NCBI GenBank assembly: GCA_001774395.1
Contig: MEZX01000002.1
Coordinates: 96,753 to 160,752, forward strand
Length of the DNA: 64,000 nt
Source of the DNA: Candidatus Berkelbacteria bacterium RIFCSPLOWO2_01_FULL_50_28
GTDB lineage: Bacteria > Patescibacteriota > UBA1384 > 2-12-FULL-50-11
Direction: 5' to 3'
Below the pieces are notes generated by a model. That model worked only from the letters and a program-made list of their open reading frames with translations, did no database searches and had not been told where the DNA came from. A program made the position numbers and the translations under genes. Shown one piece after another: positions 26,432 through 35,492 of this stretch (position 1 is its first letter; every line of letters begins with the position of its first letter).

Positions 26432-26536
26432 AACGCAAAAAGCCGACTGCGAAGAAGCGGCTTTTTAACGCAAAAAGCCGATTGTGAAACAACGGTTTTT
26501 TGTGACGCAAAAAGCCGATCACGAGGACCGGCATTT
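26432..26536. repeat. Three tandem 35-bp hairpin-forming repeats (ACGCAAAAAGCCG-loop-CGGCTTTTT).
   Basis: Units at 26432-26466, 26467-26501 and 26502-26536. Unit 1 is the perfect hairpin AAAAAGCCG-ACTGCGAAGAAG-CGGCTTTTT. Confidence 0.6.
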
Positions 26537-26566
26537 ACGTTGTTACCTAAAGACAATGTCGGTAGG

Positions 26567-26612
26567 CAACAACTAAAAAAGACGAACAGAATGTCGTCTT
26601 TTTTAGTTGTTG
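26567..26612. terminator. 18-bp perfect inverted repeat with a 10-nt loop and A/T runs, a probable bidirectional intrinsic terminator downstream of the 26840-27550 gene.
   Basis: CAACAACTAAAAAAGACG-aacagaatgt-CGTCTTTTTTAGTTGTTG. Confidence 0.65.
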
Positions 26613-26839
26613 ATCTAAAGTGCAAATGACCCTTGCGGATCTTACCCAGTATCAATCTCGACGGTAAGAATGTCAAGGCGGCCGGTATTTAGAAACGTAT
26701 GCTATATATAGCATACGGGAGCTTAGGTAGCTAAAAGTAAAAAATGTAGTTCCCCAATGTGTTAGCACCGGGGTAAAGAAATACCCCCGCTCCACTAGGA
26801 AACGGGGGTTGACGGACGAGCCGTCGAAATCGGAAGGGG

Positions 26840-27550
26840 TTAGCGCTTCTTGGACTTCTCCAAGTCGCGCGGGTCGGTGCCGGTCATCGCCTTGGTGAGG
26901 CGACAGAAGGCATCGTCAAGCTCGCGGGAGACGTTGTCTCCGCTATCTTGCGAGAAGCCGACTCGGCCTAGGTCGACCGAGAGGCCCTTTCTGCCGGTGT
27001 CTGCACCGAGGACATCGAAGATGCCGTTGTCGGCGCTCGAGAAGCCATCGGGGTCGGCAATCTCCACCGAAATTTCGGCAAAGTCCTTCTCCGAATAGGC
27101 AGATGCAAAGATCCCCTGAAAGAGGTTTTGCAGCCGACCCTGCATATCTTGGAATCCCCTGTATTGGGTCGCCGAAACATGCACAACTGAGCACCCTGCA
27201 ACGTCGGGTTTCTCGCCTCTTTCAAGCAGGCGTCCGAGTCGGAGGTCACGACCCCAGTACTTCGCCTGGGTCTTGACCTTCTTGATGATCAGATCGTCGC
27301 TGTAGCCGCTGTTGTTGTCGTCGACCATGAAATACAGTCTGGAACCCGTCGGCAGCACGACTCGGCCCGTGTTGGCGTTGAGCTTGTCGTTAGCGCGGTT
27401 TAGGTCGCCATCGAGGCGACTATCGACCGCCTGGGCGACCAACGAGTTGGCCGCCTCGCCTACCAAGTTGGCGGCGAGGTCACGAAGCGACTGCGCCGGC
27501 GCAAGCGCCGACGCGATGACGAAAGTTAATCCGATAATCGTTTTCTTCAT
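26840..27550 (-). CDS. Secreted hypothetical protein.
   Basis: Signal peptide MKKTIIGLTFVIASALAPAQS; 236 aa; no recognised motifs. Confidence 0.55.
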   Translation of the reverse strand: MKKTIIGLTFVIASALAPAQSLRDLAANLVGEAANSLVAQAVDSRLDGDLNRANDKLNANTGRVVLPTGSRLYFMVDDNNSGYSDDLIIKKVKTQAKYWGRDLRLGRLLERGEKPDVAGCSVVHVSATQYRGFQDMQGRLQNLFQGIFASAYSEKDFAEISVEIADPDGFSSADNGIFDVLGADTGRKGLSVDLGRVGFSQDSGDNVSRELDDAFCRLTKAMTGTDPRDLEKSKKR

Positions 27551-27727
27551 TTCCTTAGTTCCTTAACGATTTCGAGTGCGCCCTTCCGGGCGTTTTACCA
27601 CCCGAAAGTTTCTGGGGCCACTTTACCAGATAAACCGAGAAATGTCAAGGGATTCGGGTGTAATTATTGACCACGGATAGTTTAGCTCTCGTATATATTA
27701 TAATATATGAGGGAGCTAGATCATGAG

Positions 27728-27756
27728 TGACCGAGAACACTGTATATGGTATAATT
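27728..27756 (+). promoter_or_regulatory. Strong sigma70-like promoter with an extended -10, driving the tRNA-Ser(GCT) locus.
   Basis: -35 GTGACC (27728-27733), 17-nt spacer, TGG-TATAAT (27751-27756). Confidence 0.55.
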
Positions 27757-27780
27757 CTTTAGATTCACCTGTGTGAAATG

Positions 27781-27860
27781 GAGAGGTCGCATAGTGGGCC
27801 GGAAGCGAGGGAACGCAGCTTTCGGCGGGAAATGAAAGATTTCCCCGGCGGCCACGTATG
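27781..27860 (+). pseudogene. tRNA-Ser 5'-half-like pseudo-copy. Its first 18 nt (GGAGAGGTCGCATAGTGG) are identical to the real tRNA 130 nt downstream, and it then diverges.
   Basis: Exact 18-nt match to 27911-27928. The rest keeps only fragmentary similarity (GCAGCT) and has no T-arm or 3' acceptor strand. Confidence 0.55.
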
Positions 27861-27910
27861 CCCAGTTTTTTGCTCGAGGACGATAGGCCGAGCTAGAATG
27901 TTGAAAACAT

Positions 27911-27997
27911 GGAGAGGTCGCATAGTGGCCGAGTGCAGCTCACTGCTAATGAGTTGAACCCGTAAGGGTTCCCAGGGTTCGAATCCCTGCCTCTCCG
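27911..27997 (+). tRNA. tRNA-Ser (anticodon GCT).
   Basis: Acceptor GGAGAGG/CCTCTCC. Anticodon loop CTGCTAA. Long variable arm. T-arm CAGGG-TTCGAAT-CCCTG. Discriminator G. Confidence 0.75.
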
Positions 27998-28061
27998 CCG
28001 TCGCCTCGCTGAAGCTCGGCTTTGGCGGACAAGTCCGCTAAGCTGGGCGTAAGCGGGACAA

Positions 28062-28301
28062 ATGAAATATGTATATCTACTGAAGTGCTCTGACAAGCGC
28101 ACGTATATCGGCTGTACCGGCGATTTGAAAAGTCGACTCGACAGGCACATGAAGGGGCATGTGCCCGCAACTAAACCAAGACGGCCAGTGACTTTGGTTG
28201 GATATTTTGCCCTTGTAAGCGAGGTAAGGGCGTTCGAGTTTGGGAAGTATCTAAAGACTGGTTCCGGCCGGGCGTTCTTGAGCAAACGAGTTCTGGGTTG
28301 A
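28062..28301 (+). CDS. GIY-YIG nuclease-domain protein (small stand-alone, YhbQ/UPF0213-like).
   Basis: YVYLLKCSDKRTYIGCTGDLKSRLDRH matches the GIY-(x10)-YIG...R...H/N core. Confidence 0.75.
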   Translation: MKYVYLLKCSDKRTYIGCTGDLKSRLDRHMKGHVPATKPRRPVTLVGYFALVSEVRAFEFGKYLKTGSGRAFLSKRVLG

Positions 28302-28340
28302 GTCCCAGCCTCTTGCTCGTTTTTTTGCTAGACTGAAGCT

Positions 28341-28841
28341 ATGGTCAAACACCACGAAGAGAAAAAAGCAGCGTCCTCTACCAAGAGAACAGATCTGGTG
28401 TTTGAAGGGCCGGAGTTTGTTCACTACGCCAAGGACCATCTCTGGTACATCGGCATCGTCTTGCTGGCGGCTGGTTTCTTCTTTTTGGCCCTGAAGTATC
28501 AGGATTACCTTACTGCCCTGGTTGTCTTGGCGGCTACCGTTGCCATCTTCCGGTTGGCCAACCTGAAACCGAAATCACGAACGGTGCGAGTTGGCGAGCG
28601 AGGCGTGACCTGGGGCGACCAGGTACTTCCCTATCATCAGCTCAAGGCCTTCTGGTTGTCGGAGAACGATGGCCACGCTGTTGTATACCTGGAACGCCTG
28701 AATTTTGCCCCAACAATTCAATTCACGCTACCCGAGGGGAAGGGCAGGACCGTTCTTGAGGTGCTCTCGGCCGAGCTACCGTATCACGAGCATCGCGGCG
28801 AACCGCTGAGTGACCGCTTAGGTCGGCTACTTCGCCTGTAA
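28341..28841 (+). CDS. Hypothetical membrane protein with two TM helices and a C-terminal soluble domain, possibly bacterial-PH-like.
   Basis: TM helices LWYIGIVLLAAGFFFLAL and LTALVVLAATVAIF. Confidence 0.5.
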   Translation: MVKHHEEKKAASSTKRTDLVFEGPEFVHYAKDHLWYIGIVLLAAGFFFLALKYQDYLTALVVLAATVAIFRLANLKPKSRTVRVGERGVTWGDQVLPYHQLKAFWLSENDGHAVVYLERLNFAPTIQFTLPEGKGRTVLEVLSAELPYHEHRGEPLSDRLGRLLRL

Positions 28842-28901
28842 GTTCCAGGTTCTCCATTGCTTGGAGAGGCCCTTTACGCTAGTTTGGAAAATAGGGTTAC
28901 T

Positions 28902-30086
28902 ATGCGAAAATTATTGATCAGTATCGTTATAATCAGTCTACTAACCATCTCGCTTAACATTCCCGAGCGGGCGCTAGCTTTTGATACCAGCTCGGACAAC
29001 TACCTTCGGGGCAAATACTACAATAACCTGGTTGGTGACGCTGATTTTATTGACGTTAACAGTATGACCGTCAGCCAGATCCAGGCCTTTCTAGTGAGCA
29101 AAGGCAGCTATCTCGCCCGTGCTCCTTCGAGCAAGCTTGGCTCGGGTGCCGGCGGCCGCAAGGCTTCTAGGATAATTTGGGACGCCTCACACGGTTATCG
29201 CGAAGCTTCGGGTACGTCCCGGGGCATAACGGTAACAAACACCGTCAGCCCGATGGTCCTGCTAGTGACGCTCCAAAAAGAGCAGAGCCTAATTACTCGA
29301 ACTACCTACGATTCGTGGGCGATGACCGCCTCCATGGGTTACGGCTGCCCCGATTCCGGCGGCTGCGACCCGACCTACAGAGGTTTCACAAATCAGGTTG
29401 AATGGGCGGCCTGGCAGATGCGCTGGAACTACGAGGCTTCCGGCAAGAATGAAGCTTGGTGGGACAGTAATTACCCGAACGGCTACCAGTACTTTGTGGG
29501 AAATACGGGCTCGTTTGGTTGGGGTAGCACCTACTACAACGTTATTTTCCGCAACAAATCGACTGGCTCGCTGTATCGCTACACGCCGCACGTCGGGTAC
29601 GGCAACTTCAACTTCTGGCGTTTAATGATTGATTGGTTCGACATCTCCCCGGTAACGCTAGGCGGCACAGTTCACTCAAGCGACGACCACGTGACCATCA
29701 GCGACACTACCTACCGCAACTTGGTAAAAATCAGCGGCTCCAAAGCTTCTAACTCGTTCGCTTACTACGGCAGTACTCTCCTTGCCGGCTCGGGCAAGAC
29801 GTCGTGGACTATCAGGTTTTCCCCGCAGGTTAGAAAACAGACTTACTACATCACCTACAAGAGTAGCGGCGGTACGACATTGGGAAGGAAAAAGATCATC
29901 ATCGATCGGCGCAAAGTGGGCGATGTAAACGGCGACGGTACCGTTGATTTGCTTGACGTCTCGCTGATGAGTGACGCTTGGGGCAAAGTCGTTCGAGACG
30001 ATGCCTCGTTGAATCTGAATCCAGAGGGCGATAGCGTGGTTGACTTGCTCGACATTTCATTGATGGCCAACAGCTATGAAGGCTAA
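28902..30086 (+). CDS. Secreted protein with a C-terminal dockerin-type repeat pair. The start is chosen at the signal-peptide Met; the track ORF starts at 28857.
   Basis: Signal peptide MRKLLISIVIISLLTISLNIPERALA. Two Ca-binding-like dockerin repeats DVNGDGTVDLLDVSLM and NPEGDSVVDLLDISLM. Confidence 0.6.
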   Translation: MRKLLISIVIISLLTISLNIPERALAFDTSSDNYLRGKYYNNLVGDADFIDVNSMTVSQIQAFLVSKGSYLARAPSSKLGSGAGGRKASRIIWDASHGYREASGTSRGITVTNTVSPMVLLVTLQKEQSLITRTTYDSWAMTASMGYGCPDSGGCDPTYRGFTNQVEWAAWQMRWNYEASGKNEAWWDSNYPNGYQYFVGNTGSFGWGSTYYNVIFRNKSTGSLYRYTPHVGYGNFNFWRLMIDWFDISPVTLGGTVHSSDDHVTISDTTYRNLVKISGSKASNSFAYYGSTLLAGSGKTSWTIRFSPQVRKQTYYITYKSSGGTTLGRKKIIIDRRKVGDVNGDGTVDLLDVSLMSDAWGKVVRDDASLNLNPEGDSVVDLLDISLMANSYEG

Positions 30087-30111
30087 TAGCGAAAGGTTAC
30101 AATTTGGGGTA

Positions 30112-31431
30112 ATGCGACGCTTTTTGCTCTTGGTAGCGATCTCTATTCTCAGTTTGACCCTGAACTTTTCTTGGCTGACTCACGCCTTGGCTGCCGGCTC
30201 GATCGGTGCCTACGGCGGCGGCAACTTTGTGACCGGTGAAACTTTCACAATTTCTGTGGTTGCGGGCGGTGCGACCTTTGATTCACTGCAAGGGGCTATC
30301 TCGGTTTCCGGTGTGGCTGATATCGTCGGATTCTCTGCCGGCGGTGCCACCTGGCTCCCAGGCAAATCTCCCAGTAACGGCGGCCAGTTTGTCGGCCTAA
30401 CCAGTGCCACTAGTAGCTTAACCGTGGCGACGATAACACTAAGCTCGAGCGCTGTCGGCTCGGGAGCCGTCTCGGTTTCCGGTGTCCGTTTAGCTTATTC
30501 GGGTGACGAAGTTGGTACTGGCGGTGGGACTGCCTATTACAACATCTCACGCGCCCCCACTCCTCCCGGCACGGTGGTCGTCTCTTCCTCAACACATCCA
30601 AACCAGAATAAGTTTTACGGCCGAACAACTGTTCAGCTCGCTTGGAAAGCTCCAGCAAACGGCGCTGATGGCTACGCGGTGGTGTTCGACAAGAAAAAAA
30701 CAACGGTGCCTGTCACGAAGATCACCACAACCAAGAGAACGGTAACGTATACAAAAGTAGAGCTGGGCACACACTACTTCCACATTCGCTCAACAAACGC
30801 TGACGGTTGGGGGCCGACGACCACTTTCCGAGTTAACGTCAAAGAGCAGCTCAATGATAATCTGGCTGTGCCGATAATCACGGGCCTTGAGAAACTGCCG
30901 GCGTTTGCAACCAATGTCGAGAACGGCACGGTCAGCGGGTTCAAAATGTTTGGCAATCAACCAGTGCTTACTGGCTACGAGCTTGAGCTGGCTTTCGACC
31001 CAGAAGGTAGGATTCCAGAGAAGCAGAAAACCTCCGTTTTGGTTGCCGCCGATGGTAGCTGGGAAATAGTATTCAACTCGCAGATACCAAGTGGGTTCTA
31101 TGAAGTCACGGCTGTCGCCAAGAAGATCACGACGATCACCCCGCAGTCCGAGCCGCTTAATATCGAGCTCTCGGTTGCCAACGGTGGCGAGGCCAAAGTA
31201 ATTAGCGCGGACGATTTGCCAAAGCCTGACCTGACAGTAACAGTGGCGGGAGTGACGTTTGCAACCAAACAACAGCTGTGGAAAGTTGTTGTCGCGGGGG
31301 CGGTGGCGTTACTGATGATTGCGGTCCTGGGCTACGCGGCCTCAATTTATTTTCGGCGTTGGCAGCGCAGAAAAATCTCGAAAAACGACGACGATTCGCC
31401 CAAGCCGAGCAATCGCGCCACCTTACGTTAA
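30112..31431 (+). CDS. Cell-surface protein with an N-terminal signal peptide, a beta-rich Gly/Ser-rich domain (possibly cohesin-like), a fibronectin-III-like domain and a C-terminal TM anchor with a basic tail. Alternative start at 30076.
   Basis: Signal peptide MRRFLLLVAISILSLTLNFSWLTHALA; C-terminal TM LWKVVVAGAVALLMIAVLGYAASIYFRRWQRRK. Confidence 0.55.
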   Translation: MRRFLLLVAISILSLTLNFSWLTHALAAGSIGAYGGGNFVTGETFTISVVAGGATFDSLQGAISVSGVADIVGFSAGGATWLPGKSPSNGGQFVGLTSATSSLTVATITLSSSAVGSGAVSVSGVRLAYSGDEVGTGGGTAYYNISRAPTPPGTVVVSSSTHPNQNKFYGRTTVQLAWKAPANGADGYAVVFDKKKTTVPVTKITTTKRTVTYTKVELGTHYFHIRSTNADGWGPTTTFRVNVKEQLNDNLAVPIITGLEKLPAFATNVENGTVSGFKMFGNQPVLTGYELELAFDPEGRIPEKQKTSVLVAADGSWEIVFNSQIPSGFYEVTAVAKKITTITPQSEPLNIELSVANGGEAKVISADDLPKPDLTVTVAGVTFATKQQLWKVVVAGAVALLMIAVLGYAASIYFRRWQRRKISKNDDDSPKPSNRATLR

Positions 31432-31480
31432 GCCACCAACAGATTGAATTAAAGAGTGTAAGGCAGCATACTTAGGGAAG

Positions 31481-32953
31481 ATGTCTCCTTGGGGTAAAGT
31501 TGCCAGCTCTGTTGCGATTCAATATTTCGGTCGGACGCTTGGCCTATTAGTCTCGTTGGCCTCGACAGCGATCCTTACCCGAACGCTTGGCGTCGCTCTT
31601 TACGGTGAATACACAACAGCTCTTGCCATCGCGGCGCTGGTTGTAACTTTTGCCGATCTCGGATTTTTCTGGTCCACAATCAAGAGCCTGAACGTTGAAG
31701 GTGATGCCAAGACCATCGCCAGCGAGATCTCGGGCATCCGTTTTGTCGTTGCCTCAATACTGACGGCCCTAATGCTGTTAATCGTTTGGCAAACGAGCTA
31801 TCCGCTCGAGGTAAAGCAGGCGGTCAGCGTCTTGGGAATTTTTACGGTTTCTGGAGCGATGAACAACGTGCTGATCGCCGTTTTCCAGCAGAGCTACGCC
31901 ATGGTGACGCCGACTGTGGCCGAGGCGGCCAGCCGTATTGTTAACCTCGGGCTGATAATGCTTGGCTATCTGCTAGGCAAGGACCTCATCTGGTTTATTA
32001 GCGCTGTTAGTATCGCCTCGGTAACGGGGTTACTTATCAACTGGGCGGTATTGAGCTGGCGTAACGGCGTCATCTGGCCGAAAATAATCGGTTTCTCCTG
32101 GAAAAAGTACTACCGTTCGGTGGCGGTTATCGGCGCGGTGATGCTCTTTAACGCGCTCTATCTGAAAGTGGACGTGATCGTCCTCTCTGCTCTTAAGAGC
32201 TCGGTTGACGTTGGTATTTACGGAGCAGCGCAAAGGGTGATAGAGGTTGCGATGGTGTTTCAATCACTGTTTCTCGCGGCAGCTTTCCCCTTATTTCTGG
32301 CCCGCTTTCGCGAAGGATCGGCTCAATTTTCTCGTACGGTCACGGAAAGCCTGATGGTGGTCTTGGCTTTCGGGCTGCCGGTTGCCCTGGTCCTAGCGTT
32401 GTTTAGTGGCGGTTTGATTAACTTCATTGCTGGTCGGGAGTTTCTAGAGACGACTACGCTCGTAATAAATGGTACAGCGATCACGGCGGCAACAGTCTTA
32501 GCGGTTTTGAGCGCTTACGTCTTGCTGGCGCATGTCGGCGGGGTTATTGCTCTTGCTTTGCTGACGTCGGACCACTTGCGGTGGCTGTTTTGGGTGAACG
32601 TTGGAGCGTTCTTGGTTAATATCGGTATGAATTTGGTGCTGATCCCCCACTACTCTTACTTGGCCGCCGCCGCTATGACGGTCGTCACAGAGCTGATTAT
32701 CGTGGCGGCTAATTTTTACTATCTCTGGAGTCGGCATAGGCCTGCTATCAGCGGGAGCACTGTTGGACGGCTACTGGGTTCTGCCACGCTGGCCGGGCTA
32801 GTTGCCTTATTCTTACCGAGTCAAGCTCATGTATTAGTTAAGGTTGTAGTTACCGTTGCCCTGTACGGTACGGCAGTCTTCCTGACGGTCCCCGCTTTGA
32901 GAGCTCTTGTGGTCAGAGTCTTCCAGCCGCCAACGGAGGAGTCGCAGGGATGA
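31481..32953 (+). CDS. Polysaccharide biosynthesis protein / oligosaccharide flippase (MOP superfamily, Wzx-like).
   Basis: 490 aa, about 14 TM helices; N-terminal region is typical of Wzx/PST-family flippases. Confidence 0.7.
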   Translation: MSPWGKVASSVAIQYFGRTLGLLVSLASTAILTRTLGVALYGEYTTALAIAALVVTFADLGFFWSTIKSLNVEGDAKTIASEISGIRFVVASILTALMLLIVWQTSYPLEVKQAVSVLGIFTVSGAMNNVLIAVFQQSYAMVTPTVAEAASRIVNLGLIMLGYLLGKDLIWFISAVSIASVTGLLINWAVLSWRNGVIWPKIIGFSWKKYYRSVAVIGAVMLFNALYLKVDVIVLSALKSSVDVGIYGAAQRVIEVAMVFQSLFLAAAFPLFLARFREGSAQFSRTVTESLMVVLAFGLPVALVLALFSGGLINFIAGREFLETTTLVINGTAITAATVLAVLSAYVLLAHVGGVIALALLTSDHLRWLFWVNVGAFLVNIGMNLVLIPHYSYLAAAAMTVVTELIIVAANFYYLWSRHRPAISGSTVGRLLGSATLAGLVALFLPSQAHVLVKVVVTVALYGTAVFLTVPALRALVVRVFQPPTEESQG

Positions 32954-34455
32954 ATTTTTATCAAAGAGTAGTATCTCATCGTTATTTCTTTCTGGCGGCC
33001 AGCGTTTCGATCCTTCTAACTCAGCTCATATTGAGCTACTACGGCAATTTTAGGTACAACTACGATGTTGCCCCGGGGGACGACGTCTATAACCATCTGC
33101 GTTATATCGAGACTGCGCGGAGAAACCCGGAGTTCTTACCGACCCCTAGCTACCCGCCGGGGTTCCATTATCTAGTGTTGGGCGCTTCCCTGTTACTGAA
33201 CACAACGCCGTCCAATATCCTACTGTGGGGCTGGCCGATTCTGTTGGTGCTCTCTTCTCTAGCGGTGATGCTGCTGGCGAAAAAAGTTTTTGGTGCGCGA
33301 GTAGCTCTTGTGACCTTGGCACTTTACGCTTTGGTTTCGCTGCAGCCGCTCCAGACGGCCTACGATGGGACGCTGGCCAACCTGTTCGCCGGTAATGTTA
33401 TCATGCCTTTAGCTCTTATCGCGCTCATAAACCTCTGGAAAGATGAGGGCAGGTTGATCTGGCGAAACGCTCTGCTTTTCGCTTTGGCGGCGTTTCTGGT
33501 TGCCTACAGCCACCACCTCAGCGCGATAGTCCTGTTCGGTACCTTCCTCCTGGCTGGAGTGGCGAGATTTGGTTATCTCGCCGTCAAAAGCCGATTCTCC
33601 GATAAGAAGGCTGTTTATTGGCTCGGCACGATTGTCGGAGTCGGGGTTCTGTCGGTTGTCGGATATCTCTACTTGGACGTTCTCTCGCCGTTGCGTTCGG
33701 TCGTGGCTACCGCGATGCACTCGGTATCACCTGATCGCGTTTGGAAGCTGGGCTACTACGTGACGAGAATCGGTCCGTTGGTGGCTTTCTTTGGCTTTGT
33801 TGGCATGGCCTTGGTGGTACTCGGCAGTATTCGCGGGCGGTTTAAGTTCAGCAATCCGACCGGCCTGGCGGTTGTCTCTGCCTGGTTTGCGCTCTACTTT
33901 TTCGGCTCCCTGATAAGTGCTATCGGCGAACCCGAACGGTTGGGTCGGGACTGGGCGATGCCGGGAGCGATCATGGCCGGTGCGGCTGTCGTGATGATCT
34001 TTCGATACTTGAAGAAGCGGCCTGAGCTGCTACGTCTGGCGGCGGCGGCTTTTGCCATTTTCTTTGCCGTTGGATTTCTGGTGAAGCTCGATCGGCTAAC
34101 TAGCTACAACACTATGGTTAGATTCAGCCAGGCCGATAGAACCACCATGGAGCTCGTTCGGTCCGGTGCTCTCCCGACGCCAATCTATATCTGGCCGAAG
34201 CACCCGTACTGGAAGATCGTGGTCCCCGACCTAATCGCCTCGCGAACGGTTAGGATAGTGGAATCTTTCGCAGAGGCCAAAAAGGTTCTGCGCCAAAAAC
34301 GGGGCTGTCTGATCACCGGCTATAACAAACCAGGTACTTATCCGGAGCGTCTGCAGAATAACAGCCCCCTCATACGGCTGATGAAGGTTAAGGGCGTTAC
34401 CGCGCATTATCTGCTGGAGGATAAGGTAAAAATTTGGTACATTCTCTGTGACTAG
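32950..34455 (+). CDS. Polytopic membrane protein with a C-terminal soluble domain; candidate GT-C-fold, polyprenyl-phosphate-sugar-dependent (GtrC/PMT-like) glycosyltransferase.
   Basis: About 11 TM helices; acidic motif GDDVYNHLRY in the first extracytoplasmic loop; lies upstream of the GtrB-like GT2. Confidence 0.5.
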   Translation: MNFYQRVVSHRYFFLAASVSILLTQLILSYYGNFRYNYDVAPGDDVYNHLRYIETARRNPEFLPTPSYPPGFHYLVLGASLLLNTTPSNILLWGWPILLVLSSLAVMLLAKKVFGARVALVTLALYALVSLQPLQTAYDGTLANLFAGNVIMPLALIALINLWKDEGRLIWRNALLFALAAFLVAYSHHLSAIVLFGTFLLAGVARFGYLAVKSRFSDKKAVYWLGTIVGVGVLSVVGYLYLDVLSPLRSVVATAMHSVSPDRVWKLGYYVTRIGPLVAFFGFVGMALVVLGSIRGRFKFSNPTGLAVVSAWFALYFFGSLISAIGEPERLGRDWAMPGAIMAGAAVVMIFRYLKKRPELLRLAAAAFAIFFAVGFLVKLDRLTSYNTMVRFSQADRTTMELVRSGALPTPIYIWPKHPYWKIVVPDLIASRTVRIVESFAEAKKVLRQKRGCLITGYNKPGTYPERLQNNSPLIRLMKVKGVTAHYLLEDKVKIWYILCD

Positions 34456-34458
34456 ACG

Positions 34459-35145
34459 ATGAAATTAACCGTTGTTATCCCAGCATTTAACGAGGAGGAA
34501 ACCATTGCCGAGGTCATCAGCGCTATCCCGAAAAAAATCAGCGGGGTTTCTCAGATCGAGATAATTGTTGTTGACGACCAATCCAGGGACAAGACCGGGG
34601 AGATCGGCCGCTCTTTAGGGGCAACTGTCTTGCGCCATCGGCTGAATCTAGGAGCCGGCGGAGCGACGTTAACCGGAATTGATGCGGCCAGAAAACGCGG
34701 AGCGGATATGGTGATAACGATTGACGGCGACGGCCAGCACGACCCCAAAGAAATCGTCAAGTTAGTTCAAGCTCACCTCGAGAGCGGGGCGGATCTGGTT
34801 ATAGGTAGCCGATTTCTCTCCGATTCCCTAGAAAAAATGCCGGCCTTAAAGAACTTTGGTAATCGGGTAATGAACGGTATTACTTACGTGTTCAGCGGTA
34901 AGCATGTGACGGATTCGCAGTCGGGTTTTCGCCTGTTTGGGCGACGGCTAATAGCTGGTTTTGACCGTTTCACCACCAGCGGTTACGAATTCTGTTCGGA
35001 GACAATAATCAACACCAAGAAGATGGGTTTGAAAATCGCCGAAGTGCCGATTTCAACGATTTATTTCGAAGGCCGTCGCGGCCAGAACCCATTGAACGGC
35101 GTGAATATTCTCTTGAAACTAATCTATAAGACGGTCACGGGCTGA
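34459..35145 (+). CDS. GT2 polyprenyl-phosphate glycosyltransferase (GtrB / dolichyl-phosphate mannose synthase-like).
   Basis: VIPAFNEEETIAEVI...VVDDQSRDKT...ITIDGDGQHDP (DxD) ...DSQSGFR. Confidence 0.85.
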   Translation: MKLTVVIPAFNEEETIAEVISAIPKKISGVSQIEIIVVDDQSRDKTGEIGRSLGATVLRHRLNLGAGGATLTGIDAARKRGADMVITIDGDGQHDPKEIVKLVQAHLESGADLVIGSRFLSDSLEKMPALKNFGNRVMNGITYVFSGKHVTDSQSGFRLFGRRLIAGFDRFTTSGYEFCSETIINTKKMGLKIAEVPISTIYFEGRRGQNPLNGVNILLKLIYKTVTG

Positions 35146-35492
35146 TGTTAATTACACTCGCTAAAGTACTGGCGACGATTTTTGCCGCTTTGATAATCTC
35201 CAAGAGCATTTTGAGCTACAAGCAGCATAAGGAGAATCTGTTTCTGACCGCATTTTGGGTGATTACCTGGGGCGTCATTGTTCTGTTTGCGTTTTACCCG
35301 GACCTGATCGGCAGCCTCTTTGGCGAACGGAAAGTTGGTGTGGGCACCGTCTTAGGGATCGGACTGATGTTTGTCTACTTTGTCCTCTACCGAATTTATG
35401 TAAAAGCTGACAGAGTCGAACGAGAGCTTCAGAAATTGGTCCGAGAGCTTGCCGTAAAAGAAGGTGGCAGCAGTGACCCAAAAAACCCGTAA
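35145..35492 (+). CDS. Small membrane protein partnered with the GT2 enzyme (DUF2304/GtrA-like).
   Basis: 115 aa, 3 TM helices; ATGA overlap with the GT2 gene. Confidence 0.5.
   Translation: MLITLAKVLATIFAALIISKSILSYKQHKENLFLTAFWVITWGVIVLFAFYPDLIGSLFGERKVGVGTVLGIGLMFVYFVLYRIYVKADRVERELQKLVRELAVKEGGSSDPKNP

Noticed and set aside
26432-26536. The 35-bp tandem repeats considered as a CRISPR array.
   Set aside because: The units are contiguous with no spacers, and each is a self-complementary hairpin. They are terminator-like or REP-like repeats.
26350-26676. A 108-aa minus-strand ORF.
   Set aside because: It runs across the triple hairpin repeat and the 18-bp inverted-repeat terminator. It is not coding.
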